Source: a virus
Lineage: Duplodnaviria; Caudoviricetes
Length of the DNA stretch: 64,000 nucleotides
Strand: one strand, 5' to 3'
Virus record (IMG/VR): IMGVR_UViG_3300009873_000001
Both the position numbers and the translations under genes were made by a program. The notes below the pieces were generated by a model that was not told where the DNA came from, searched no databases, and saw nothing but the letters and a program-made list of their open reading frames with translations. The first letter of the stretch is position 1; each line of letters begins with the position of its first letter. Shown here one piece after another: positions 36,789 to 46,929 of this stretch.

Positions 36789-38309
36789 ATGCCTGGCCCA
36801 ATGTTTGAGTTCTTCCCGTTCTCTGGCGCGACGCCCGGTCCGACTGGCCCCACAGGCTCAGCTGGCTCTTCCGGCCCTACAGGACCAGCAGGCGGGCCGA
36901 CTGGCCCAGCAGGGCCAGCTGGACCGACCGGGCCAGCTGGCGGCCCGACCGGAGCCACCGGCGCTTCAGGAACGCCTGGACCGACAGGTCCGCCGGGCGG
37001 CCCGACAGGCCCGGCAGGCCCGACGGGACCCCCTGGAGCGGACGGCGCACAGGGGCCTGCCGGACCCGCTGGCCCTTCAGGCACAGACGGGCAGACTGGT
37101 TCAACTGGCGCCACGGGCTCTGTAGGGCCAGCTCTGGCTTCGCGCAGAACCTTCTCGCCTACACGCCTCGTGGCCGAGGGTGCCTCCATTCCAGCCACGC
37201 CTAGCTCCGTGCTCAACCTGGCCGACCTGAGCAACCGCGACCCGTGGGTCAATCTCGACGAGGTCTATTCCCTGTCGCGATTCGATCTGGTCGTAGCCAC
37301 CGAAGAAGGCTCGGTCACTCGCTATCCAGGTCTGAGCTTCGCCTCTCGAGTTGCTCTTCTGGCTTGGCTGAACGCAAACGTCCCCTCTGACGGCAGCGCC
37401 TTCCTGGCCTCGGCGACCATGACGGCCTGGGACGAAGTCGACCAGTCCATGCCGCCAGTCACCAAGGTGTGGGGCAAGAACGGCGCGCTGTCTCGCCTCA
37501 GAAAGAACGACTTCTACAAGAGCCCCAGCCGCGGTTATGTCGAGCTAAACTCCTGGCCTGATCTCGACGTCTTCCTTGCCGCGGCCTGGGAGGCGGTCTG
37601 GCCCGGCGACCCGCTGCCCTCTCCGCTCACGCCTGACGTCCGAGCTGCGTTCTGGTGGGCCAAGAACCGCCGGAACCTGTACGAGATCGAGAAGAGCTTC
37701 GGAATTCAACCGTCTTTCGGCAGAACGTCCCGCGCTGGTGCCGGCGGTCCGTTCGGACCTACCGGCACAGGTTTCAGCTGGGCCTATCAGTCGAGTGGAG
37801 ATCCGGCATACGGGATCGTCGATTCTTCCGGCGGCGGGTTTGTACAGGTTCTTCCGCTATCTCAGTTCAGGAGAGACAACCGAAAGATCTCTGACGCCGG
37901 CCGCAGCGCGGTGTTTCTGGCGCCCATTCAAGGCGGCGTGAACGAACGCGCGGTGTGGATCAAGCCGGTGGGGATCGACCAGATTTACCTCTCGTGGTTC
38001 GACCCGACGCTCTATCGAGCAGAGGCCATTGTCACGCCCAACATAGACGGCAAGCGCGAAGCGCGCGTCCTCACAGCCTCTCGTTCGCCGTCCGTGGTTC
38101 GGGACGCCTCCGGCGCCTTCACCAAGGATCAGTGGTATCGGGGCCAGCAAATTTCTGTTTCGCAGGGCGGGCACCGCCACGGGCCTGGGCGCTGCCACTT
38201 CTACCTGCGCGAGCTGGCCACGGGCAAGGTGAGCGAGCTCAGCACGGCCAGGGTCGAGTACCTCGACGACCGAACCCTGTCCGCCGGTATGGCACGCGTG
38301 GTAAGCTAA
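36789..38309 (+). CDS. second collagen-like fibre protein with large C-terminal domain
   Basis: [11 protein letters not shown] start; GPT/GPA triplets; about 390-aa non-collagen C-terminus. Confidence 0.9.
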   Translation: MPGPMFEFFPFSGATPGPTGPTGSAGSSGPTGPAGGPTGPAGPAGPTGPAGGPTGATGASGTPGPTGPPGGPTGPAGPTGPPGADGAQGPAGPAGPSGTDGQTGSTGATGSVGPALASRRTFSPTRLVAEGASIPATPSSVLNLADLSNRDPWVNLDEVYSLSRFDLVVATEEGSVTRYPGLSFASRVALLAWLNANVPSDGSAFLASATMTAWDEVDQSMPPVTKVWGKNGALSRLRKNDFYKSPSRGYVELNSWPDLDVFLAAAWEAVWPGDPLPSPLTPDVRAAFWWAKNRRNLYEIEKSFGIQPSFGRTSRAGAGGPFGPTGTGFSWAYQSSGDPAYGIVDSSGGGFVQVLPLSQFRRDNRKISDAGRSAVFLAPIQGGVNERAVWIKPVGIDQIYLSWFDPTLYRAEAIVTPNIDGKREARVLTASRSPSVVRDASGAFTKDQWYRGQQISVSQGGHRHGPGRCHFYLRELATGKVSELSTARVEYLDDRTLSAGMARVVS

Positions 38310-38392
38310 AGAATCAGGTGGGTGACACTCCAGGACTCCACGCTCAGGTGAAGTCCATACTAGATCGCCTTTCCCCAGGCGGCGATCACTCT

Positions 38393-38456
38393 AGTTACCC
38401 CAAAAAACGAAGAACGACGGCCGAAAGGTCGTCGTTCTTCGTTTTTGGGGTTAACT
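38393..38456. terminator. long bidirectional terminator hairpin
   Basis: A6-CGAAGAACGACGGCC-GAAA-GGTCGTCGTTCTTCG-T5, extended by AGTTACCCC / GGGGTTAACT, between convergent gene blocks. Confidence 0.9.
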
Positions 38457-40846
38457 TTCAGATGACGCCGGCCAATGCTCAGGACAGAACGTCCTCGTCA
38501 CCACGCCCGGCGCCGCTCTCGCCACAATCACGTCCCTCTCTTCAACGAACCGCCCTATCCGCGGAACTGCGTCGAGCACGCTGGGGTCGTGTCCAGCTTC
38601 GCGAATGGCGTCCGTTGCAGCAGCGCGAATCAGCGAGAAGACCTCCGGTCCAGAGTCGCGAGCCAGCTTCGGATTACGGCTCGCGAGGCAGCTCTGGCAG
38701 AGGCGGCTGTGCGGATAGCCTACCGCCATGAACCTGAGCAAGCGGACCGGCGAAGCCGGGAGCGGCGCCTCCCGGCCGCAGAGCGTGCCGAACACCGGAA
38801 TCGTCGGCGGGCTGGCGATTGGATCAGTTGCTTGAGCCACTACGCCAGCCACGAGGTGCCACGGGCCAGGCCAGGCCACCTGTAACGCCATACCCTGCTC
38901 GGGAGCCGCCTGAGCATAGCCCACGTCCTCGTCGACGCGGTCTACGAACCCGCCTAGGCAGCGCGGGCAGGCCGAGAGCTTCCACACGTCGCCGAGCATG
39001 GTGAGCCGCATGCCCGTGGCGGCCCGACGCCCGCTCGGCAGGCGCTTCTGGCAACCGCCCACGCAGCCGACCACTTGCAGCCCGGCCAATCTCGCGACGC
39101 GCCTGGCGCGCTCAAGGTCCATGTCCATGGCTAAGCCGGGCGCCCGTTCAGTTGTGCCAAGGCCGGCTTGAGTAGCGTCAGGGCCTCTTCGTAGCGACCG
39201 GACATGACCATGTCGGCCGCGGCACTGTGAACCTGCACGAGAGCGCGCAGAGCCTCGTCGCGGAGTTTGTTCTCCTGACCTGAGCACCACACGCTACCAC
39301 CGGCCTGCGTGCGGTGTCTGCGTCGCGGGTTCAGCGCGCGCCGACAACCAGGGCACTGCAGCTTCTTGAGCACCCTGAACGCCAGCCGGCTAAGATCGAG
39401 CCACTGCCGGCTCACGGAGGCGCCTGCCCCGCCTTGAGAGCCTTGGCGCAACGCGCAAAATGAGCCGACCAGGCCAAGCACAGCACGGCTAGAACCAACA
39501 ACATGAGCGAATGAGCGCTGGAGCGAATGCCGTCTGAGACAACCAAGAGACCCGACCCCAACGAAAAGGCCAATCCGGCTGTATTGAGGTGCTGCGCCCT
39601 GAAGAGCGCTCGCGCCCTAGCTGCGGGAAAAGGCACGCTCCTTGAGCTGGTGTCTGGCAACTTCAATCAGACGCTCCCTGGCTCGCCGCACGTCGAGCTC
39701 GCTCACATTGCCTTCCGCGTCCTGATAAAAACTCTCGCGCGGAACCGCCTCATGATAGCCGGCTTCTCGGACAGAAAGCCCGAGTCCAAGCCGCGGCGAC
39801 CATGTGACCTGGGCTCGCATGCCGTGGATCGTGAGCGACTGATCTTCCCAGGTAGAAGCGCTTTGCCCGCGGAGCTTCATTGCAGTGCGTCTCCAACTTC
39901 ACCATACCAGTCACTTGCAGGAGCGTCCCGAACACTCCGGGCAAGGCGGCAGTGCCTGGTCGAACGTCACGCGCCGATCGCCAGAGATAAAGCGGTTGAA
40001 CAGATCGAGCTGAACAGCCCTGCCGTGACCGAGGCAGACCGGGCACACCTCCCCGGCTCGCCGCCGCTCCGTCAGCAAGCGCTGAGGATCGCTGGCGGCG
40101 TTGCGTGCCGCGGCTCTCAGCCTCGCGTCCACTAGCGTCGCCCTGGCGGCGGCGGCGGTTCTCTGTAGCAGCTGTCGCAGCGAACCTCGCCGGGCCATGT
40201 GCCATGAGTCAGCGGGCGGAAGTTGCATCCGTTGCTCTGGCAGTGCTCGAGGCGGACCTCGATCGCCTTGAGCAAGAAGTCGAGCTTGATCTTCTTCCTG
40301 ACCGCCTCGTCGATCTCGTTCACTCTCCTTCGGTCCCTTCCTCGTTCTTGACCCGCTGATCGGGTGCGCAATAGACCCATTGGCCACCGTCCACCTGCGC
40401 CTCCACGTCATAGTAGAGGTGAGCTCGGACGTTGAATACGGCCTGGCAGTGGCCGCATTCGTAGTTGTCCACGGCCACGTCTATACCGCGCTCGGCCTCC
40501 TCGAATTCGAGCGACTTCTTGCAGCTCGGGCAGAGAAACTCGAGGTCCACGACGGGGCACTTGAGTCTGATCATTTCCGACCACCTAAGAAAGGCCGCGC
40601 CGCCCAGGCGAGTCGCTCTTGTTCGTCACATGCCACACATGAGACAAAAGAACTCCTCGCCTGGACGGTGAGCGGTTCGACTTTTCGGGTGCTAGACCTT
40701 ACTTTCCGCAGCTCGTCCTAGAAACAGACGAGGACTGGCCAGTTCCAGGTCTGTTGCATCGGACGAGCCGCGGTGCCGACAAGGCAGTCGAGTCCTTCTG
40801 TGTCGACCCAGATTGCAGAACTCGACCATGAGCTTCCTCCCGCCGG

Positions 40847-42091
40847 TTACCCGACGATCGGTTGCCCCGTTAGTGGATTAGTGGCTATTGGCCCAACAAC
40901 AGGCATGTATGGCCCTGACCCAGGCCCATAGAACAGCCCGAGCGGGCTAGTCGCCGAAGACGTAGACATCAGCTTCATTTGCACGTTCCATTGCGAAGCG
41001 GTGGGCGTGGTGACGGACGTGTTGCCTAGCTCGACCCAGTCCTCCAACACGCTCTGTCCCCACGCGGCCTGCAGTTCTTGCATGCCGGCCAGCTGCGCTG
41101 GCGCGCCCGGCGTAGGCAGCGGCACGACCTTCATGCCAGTACTACTGCCAGTGGCAGGTAGCCAGAACTGCGCGGTCGTGTTGCTGGCCTGCTGTAGATA
41201 GTCGCTCACGCCCTGCAAGGACGGCTTCTTTGCGCGCTCCTTCTTTCGCTCGATCCAGCGCTTGCTCTGGTGGTGCCAGAGCCAGATCGTGGTCAGTGCG
41301 GCCAGCACGAACTCCTCGAGCTTGGCGAGCGCCTGTCTGGGCTTGCCGTCGGCGACGAAACCAGACTCCCAGTACTTCGGAATGTATTCGATCGCCAGGG
41401 CCTTGCCGCGCGACCCGGAGTGGCGCGGGTAGAGCTGCTTCTCGCGCATGTAGTCCGAGGCGCTGAGCATGAGGAGCTGCGGCGCCGGCTGCACGACCTT
41501 CGAGACCGCGCGGTGAATGCTGCCCGCAAAGCCGGTGTCGAACATGAGCGCCTTGCTCCAGTCCGGCACCGGCCAGTTCTTGACCTGGGCTGAGAGCGCC
41601 TTTTCGTTTCCAGCCACCGCGCGACTGACCACTGGATCGAAGACGGTCGTGAGCCGCCTACGCCTCGCCAGAACCTCCCACGCCCACACGTCGCGGCCTG
41701 GCAGGACGAGCATGTCGGCCTCGGCTCGCTCGGAGCGGCGCCGCAGCGATCTGAGGCTGTTCCTGACGATCGAGTGAAGAACCTCAGACCCCTTCGCGTT
41801 GTACTGCGCGCCTAACTCACGCGTCCTGTCGCCAAGGACCAGCTCGCCGTCGAGCGTCTTGCAGATCGCGAGCGCCCTTTCACGAATCGGACTCTTCTTC
41901 GAGAGCACCGACGTCAGCGTGGCGTAGATCAGCGCGGCTTCTTCGTGCTGACAGCAGCTCGCCGGTCGCGTGATTCCGTCGAACGGACGCAGGTCGCCCA
42001 CATAGACCGGGCTGTCCTTGTCCGCGGCGCGCGCCAAGGTCCGAATGCCGGGAATGCAGAAATCCCGAACGTGGCGTCGGAGCCAGCTCAC
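40847..42091 (-). CDS. hypothetical enzyme-like protein
   Basis: 414 aa; LPGRD and MFDTGFAGSI motifs; low-complexity C-terminus. Confidence 0.7.
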   Translation of the reverse strand: MSWLRRHVRDFCIPGIRTLARAADKDSPVYVGDLRPFDGITRPASCCQHEEAALIYATLTSVLSKKSPIRERALAICKTLDGELVLGDRTRELGAQYNAKGSEVLHSIVRNSLRSLRRRSERAEADMLVLPGRDVWAWEVLARRRRLTTVFDPVVSRAVAGNEKALSAQVKNWPVPDWSKALMFDTGFAGSIHRAVSKVVQPAPQLLMLSASDYMREKQLYPRHSGSRGKALAIEYIPKYWESGFVADGKPRQALAKLEEFVLAALTTIWLWHHQSKRWIERKKERAKKPSLQGVSDYLQQASNTTAQFWLPATGSSTGMKVVPLPTPGAPAQLAGMQELQAAWGQSVLEDWVELGNTSVTTPTASQWNVQMKLMSTSSATSPLGLFYGPGSGPYMPVVGPIATNPLTGQPIVG

Positions 42092-42097
42092 GTATCG

Positions 42098-42793
42098 CTA
42101 CCAGGCCGTGGCGGGATCGAGTTCCTCTACGACCGTGCAGCGCTTGACTCTGAACTTGCCGCTGCTCCTGGCCGGGATCGCGACCAAGTCGGCGGAGTCG
42201 AACTCGACCGCGAACAGTCGGTAGTCGCTCTTGTGCTCGCTCTTGACCCAATCGAGCGAACCTAGGTTGATCCCCTTGCCGCAGTCGACGCCCGGGTCGG
42301 TGTTGAAGTCCGTGACCTCCATGTCCTTCCCGACCTCGTACTGGAGGCTGGGATAGTGCGGCCCCTTGCCTTCCTTGGTGGTGACCTTGTAGCCACGCAC
42401 GCGCTTGACGCTGGCGATCTTTTGCAGGTCGTCCTTCGTGCGCAGGTCGAGGTCGGCGGTCGAGGGCAGCGACGGACGCGTGATCGTGATTTCCACTTCC
42501 CCGTCGTCGCGCCTGGCGACGTAGATCTTCTTGCCGCAGCGCATGCTCTCGCCAGGCTTGTGCCGGAGTCGGTAAAGGAGCCCGGTCTTGGTGACGTCGG
42601 TGATCCGGTGGTGCCGGCGCGAGGCGCCTGCGTCTAGATCCTCGAAGGCGCGACGAGCCCTGCGCTCGATCTTCTTGCGGGTCGGATCGTCGAGCTGGAT
42701 CGTAGCGGCCATGGCTGCCCCTTTTGCTTGCCGATCGGCGTCGGTCTTCTCGTATTCGCGCTTCCAGAACTTGAATCTGTCGAACACGCTCAC
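42098..42793 (-). CDS. phage-type conserved-domain protein
   Basis: GYKV...QYEVG...CGKGINL...GKFRVKRC.VVEE pattern, recalled from phage proteins. Confidence 0.7.
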   Translation of the reverse strand: MSVFDRFKFWKREYEKTDADRQAKGAAMAATIQLDDPTRKKIERRARRAFEDLDAGASRRHHRITDVTKTGLLYRLRHKPGESMRCGKKIYVARRDDGEVEITITRPSLPSTADLDLRTKDDLQKIASVKRVRGYKVTTKEGKGPHYPSLQYEVGKDMEVTDFNTDPGVDCGKGINLGSLDWVKSEHKSDYRLFAVEFDSADLVAIPARSSGKFRVKRCTVVEELDPATAW

Positions 42794-43824
42794 GCGCGCG
42801 CCTCAGCAGAGCCTAGTCATACACCGCAAAAACGCGCGACGCAAGATCTCTCACCGGCAGTACAACTCGTCTAGAAATCGCAGGTGCCCGGGACTGCCAG
42901 GCCAGCCCTCAAGCGGACCGGGCGGCTCGCTCGCGCCTTCGGCCTTCTTTGGCTCGTCACTGCCTTCGGGCTCCTCCGGCTCGTCATTCATGCGCCCAGC
43001 ACTCCCCACTGTGCCCACGCACCTTCCAGCAGGTCGGACAGTTGCCGGCCTTGGCCCGCTCTGGCATGGGATTGTCCGGCGACGGGTCGCCGCGCTTCCA
43101 TGGATTCTTGCAGCGCACCCCGTTCGCGTCTATGTCCTTGAACATGCGCCGCCAGTCGGTCACGCCCACCGTCGGCTGTATACACGTCGGGATCCTGAAC
43201 GGCTTCCCCTTGGGTATGTTTCGCTGGTAGCGAACCCTCACCGCGCCGTTCTTCCAACGCTTGACCTCCAGCACGCGGATCACCGGATCGTAGAGGTGGT
43301 CCGTGGTCAGCACCACGCGATCCCCTGGTCGCGGATCGATTCGAGGGTCGCGCCCATGGCGAGTCGACCAGGCAACCCACTGAGCCACGACAGCAGGATC
43401 CTCGCTGTTGAGCTTCTGGGAGCCGAGATCACGGACGGCGCGTCTGAATCTGGCGTCGCTCATCGGGTGTCTATGTTGTGGTCCCAAGGGAGCAATGGCG
43501 GCTCCGGCGTCGGCTTGAGCACTGGCGCCGGCTTGAGCAGCCAGTCCGCCAAGGCCGCCCTAGGAGTTGCTGACAATACGTCGCCGAGTTTGCCTACGAG
43601 TTGCTCGATCCCTCCCTTACCTGCAATGCGCTTCCCGCGCCGCTTGGCTAGAGCCGCGACCTCGTCCCAGCGCAGACTGTACATGTAAATTGACCCGTCA
43701 GGGTAGTTGCCCCACAGATCCACACCAAGTGGGCAGATCTGGGCTGTTCCGAACGGCTCAGCTGACTCCTTGGGCATGTTGACCGGCTGCCGCGGGCGCC
43801 TGGAAGGGCGGTGCTTCTTTTTGC

Positions 43825-44415
43825 TCACTGCTGGACCTTGATCACCAGCTCGTAGTCCTCGCCAGCCGTGCCTTCACGGATCTCGGTTATCGTGCCGAGC
43901 CGCTGCGCCTTGCGCTTCAAGCTCTCGGCGTAGACGCCCTGCACGATCTCGTTCAGCTCCTGCGTGCGCTCCTGGTCGGTGTTTTCGAGCTCGTCGGTGA
44001 CTTCCTTCTGGAGCTGGCTCTTGGCCCGGCGGCGCTCCTCGTCGGTGATCTTGATCTGCTCCTGCAGCTCGGACTGTGCCTTCCTGCGCAGTTCGGCCTC
44101 GTTGTTGTGGTCGCGGTCGCCGCGGACCGACTTGGTCTCGGTGCGTTCGAGCGTGTGCTCCAGCTCGATCTCGGCCTCGACGGTCATGTCTTCGAGGTTG
44201 ATCGTCTCCTTCGCGTTTCCGCGCCGCTTCCGCCAGATCTTCTTGTTCTGGTGGTCCTGCCGCCATCCCTTCTTGGTCAGCTCTCCCTCGAGCACCTCGG
44301 TCTGCTCTTCCACGGAGACGATCGGCGTGAGCACGATCTTCTTCGTGGTCTTGTCCTTGGTGCGGATCTGCTCCCTCACGGAAGCCGACACCTTGATCAC
44401 GTAGCTCTGACTCAT
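43825..44415 (-). CDS. coiled-coil hypothetical protein
   Basis: GGAGG RBS; MSQSYVIKVS...LKRKAQRLG.I.EI. Confidence 0.75.
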   Translation of the reverse strand: MSQSYVIKVSASVREQIRTKDKTTKKIVLTPIVSVEEQTEVLEGELTKKGWRQDHQNKKIWRKRRGNAKETINLEDMTVEAEIELEHTLERTETKSVRGDRDHNNEAELRRKAQSELQEQIKITDEERRRAKSQLQKEVTDELENTDQERTQELNEIVQGVYAESLKRKAQRLGTITEIREGTAGEDYELVIKVQQ

Positions 44416-46039
44416 GGCGCTGGCCTCCTGTTCGTTGTGTAGACGGTCACGTCGTAGTCTACTGCCGTGATCCAGAAGGCGGCGTCGCAGTGAACGCAGA
44501 CCTGCTCGTCTCCTGCGCTCACCGGATCGCCGGTTATGTCGTTTGTTGCCCCGCAAGTTGGGCATTCGATCTCGTAGTCAGGGCCGCTCGTCGTGCCCTG
44601 GTTTGGCTGCGGCACCCGGCTCATGGGCGAACCGCCTCTCCAGGCCGCGTCTCACGGCACCGGTTGCAGTAGTCGTGCTCGGGTTTGCGGCAATGGTCTG
44701 GAATGACCTGGTGGCCGACGTGCTGACAGATCAGTTTGAGTAGCGGCTCGACCAACAGCGTTTCCATGCGCTCGCACTCCGCGTCGGAGGACGTCTGTTC
44801 CGACCAGTCGCCGTCCTGCAAGAACAGCTGCACCGCGGAAGCAAGCTCGTTCCGGTCAGAGATCTTGAGGGTGTCATGACGACCATCAAGCAGGGCCATG
44901 ACCTCGTCAAAGGCGTCAGCGCGGCCTTCATGCATGGCCGCCGCGTGGGCAGCTGGCGCTCTGAGCAACCAAGCCCACAGCATGGACGAGGCTACATTCG
45001 TGGCGGCATACCGCGCCGAGTCGCGCAGCCTCTCTACCACTTGCCTGAGCGGAAGAGCAGTCACGCCTGATCCTTTGCCCGATCTTCCGCCAGCATTGCT
45101 TGCGCGGCTTCGAGCGCGGCTGGGCTCGTGAGGAGGTCCATGGCCTTGCGGATCTCTTCTTTGCTGGGAGAGAACCCGGCCTCCGTCAGCTCCTGGAAGA
45201 TCTTCCTGCCCTCTTCTCCAAGGCCGAAGCAACCACCCTCCACGAGGCCTAGCTCTTTCATGCGCTCTAGGGTTCCGAGGCAGAACACGACCAGCTTGGC
45301 GAGGTGCGGGTCGTCGACGAGATTGAGCACGCTGTTAGGCATGTTCGCCCCTCTCTGACAAGCACACGGTCACGTCTTCAGCCCCTGGCACGGCGATATC
45401 GACGTGCGCGCAGATGTTCAGGCAGCCGCGCTGCGAGCGAAACTTGCCTTCGAGCAGCTTCAACCTGAGCACGGTCGCACCCTGAGCGTTGTGGATCCAG
45501 AGCGTGTGCCCGCCCTCGTCATATTCGAGCTCGGCGACCGGGATCGAAACCCTGCCCTTCATGTTGCAGCCTTCTTCCTCGCCTTGGGGCAACGCTTCTT
45601 GGAGCGCCGCCGCTCCTCGCTCTTGTGCAACAAGTCCATGAGCTGTTTCACGACCTCTACCACGCGCTCGCGGCGCTTCTTGTCCTGCACGAACACCGGC
45701 GGCCCCGTCACGGTCGCCTCGGTCAGCACGGCCTCGAGTGCGGGCAGGGAGGGCGAATTCTTCTCGCGCAGACAGCGCTCAAGCCACTCCAGCTGCGTGT
45801 CGTACGGCCTGGCTGGGGAAGTGTGTTCGTCAGGCGGTCCCTGTCGCAGCAGGGTAGCGAGCCGTTGTGCCTGATCGCCGCGCTGGATCGAGATCCCGAG
45901 TTGCACGTCACCGTCGAGCGTGTGCTCGTAGATCTTGACGTGCGTGTCGGTCCAGCGCACTTCAAGCACGGCGCCGTCGCCGTTGCTGCCCAGCGAGGTA
46001 GGCGGGATAGAGACGGAGTCGTTCATGCGGGCGCCCTGT

Positions 46040-46927
46040 TCAGCTTGGTCGATCTTCTTCATTCAGGAGCCTTCCCCAAAGAGCCCGCCATGCAACTGCA
46101 GCCACGATCGGTACGACGCCGTTGCCGACGATCCGATATCGGTGAGCCCAATCGGCCAGCCCATGAGCCACTCCATGAAGGCCGGGTTGAGCCGCTGGCC
46201 GGCGTTCTGGAAATCGATCGAGGACGGCTCGCCAGGCGTCGTCGTCGTTGCTTCTGGGCGGAAAGACGGCCTCGGGTCGCGCCACGCCCGCGCCCAGCTC
46301 CAGAGGCTTGGGGTGCCAGCGCTCGGGCGCTCGAACTCCCCGCCCTTCCCGTTGATCCCGTTCTGGCTCGAACCGTAGGCCGAGGCGCTGGGCGTGGGAT
46401 ACATGCCACGCGACCAGGAAGAACCTCTCGCGCTCGTGGTGCGCGTCAGCGACGGCGTGCGCGGAAAAACAGTCCCATTCCGCAATCCACCCGCCTTGGG
46501 CAAGGTCGTCTTTGATCTCTTCGAGCCCTTTGCTGACGATCCCCGGGACGTTTTCGAGGAACAGCCAGGCTGGCTCGCACTCGGCGAGGATTCGCCGGAC
46601 GGCTGGCCACAGCCAGCGCTCGTCACTGGCTCCGCGGCGCTTGCCGGCCACGGATACGGCTGGACAAGGAATGCCCGCCACGACTGAATCCACGCCGCCA
46701 TGCCAGGAGCGTCCGTCGAAGGTCCACAGATCCGACCAAATAGGCGCTGGATCATAGGTTCCTTCTTCCATACGCGTAGCCAGGAGCTCGGCGGCTGCCG
46801 CGTCCCCTTCCACAAGGCATACCGGGCGAGCGCCTGGATTCGCCAGTCGGAATCCGAGATCGAGACCGCCTCCACCGGTGCAGAGGGAGAGGAAGGCTCG
46901 CGGGCTTGGAAGGGGAGGTAGAGCCAC
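46040..46927 (-). CDS. DNA (cytosine-5)-methyltransferase, catalytic (alpha-like) chain
   Basis: Motif I LSLCTGGGGLDLG, IV GIPC, VI ENV, VIII HERERFF, X GNGVVP; no clear motif IX in this frame. Confidence 0.9.
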   Translation of the reverse strand: MALPPLPSPRAFLSLCTGGGGLDLGFRLANPGARPVCLVEGDAAAAELLATRMEEGTYDPAPIWSDLWTFDGRSWHGGVDSVVAGIPCPAVSVAGKRRGASDERWLWPAVRRILAECEPAWLFLENVPGIVSKGLEEIKDDLAQGGWIAEWDCFSAHAVADAHHERERFFLVAWHVSHAQRLGLRFEPERDQREGRGVRAPERWHPKPLELGAGVARPEAVFPPRSNDDDAWRAVLDRFPERRPAAQPGLHGVAHGLADWAHRYRIVGNGVVPIVAAVAWRALWGRLLNEEDRPS

Positions 46928-46929
46928 AC
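46063..46929 (-). CDS. overlapping alternative-frame ORF with methyltransferase motif IX-like block (beta-like chain)
   Basis: YPTP.AS and RLNPAFMEWLMGWPIGLTD; its start shares GTGTG with the alpha frame. Confidence 0.7.
   Translation of the reverse strand: MWLYLPFQAREPSSPSAPVEAVSISDSDWRIQALARYALWKGTRQPPSSWLRVWKKEPMIQRLFGRICGPSTDAPGMAAWIQSWRAFLVQPYPWPASAAEPVTSAGCGQPSGESSPSASQPGCSSKTSRGSSAKGSKRSKTTLPKAGGLRNGTVFPRTPSLTRTTSARGSSWSRGMYPTPSASAYGSSQNGINGKGGEFERPSAGTPSLWSWARAWRDPRPSFRPEATTTTPGEPSSIDFQNAGQRLNPAFMEWLMGWPIGLTDIGSSATASYRSWLQLHGGLFGEGS

Noticed and set aside
38310-38392. Riboswitch-like element after the second collagen gene
   Set aside because: Only a short hairpin and a CTCAGG fragment, located 3' of a gene with no downstream target
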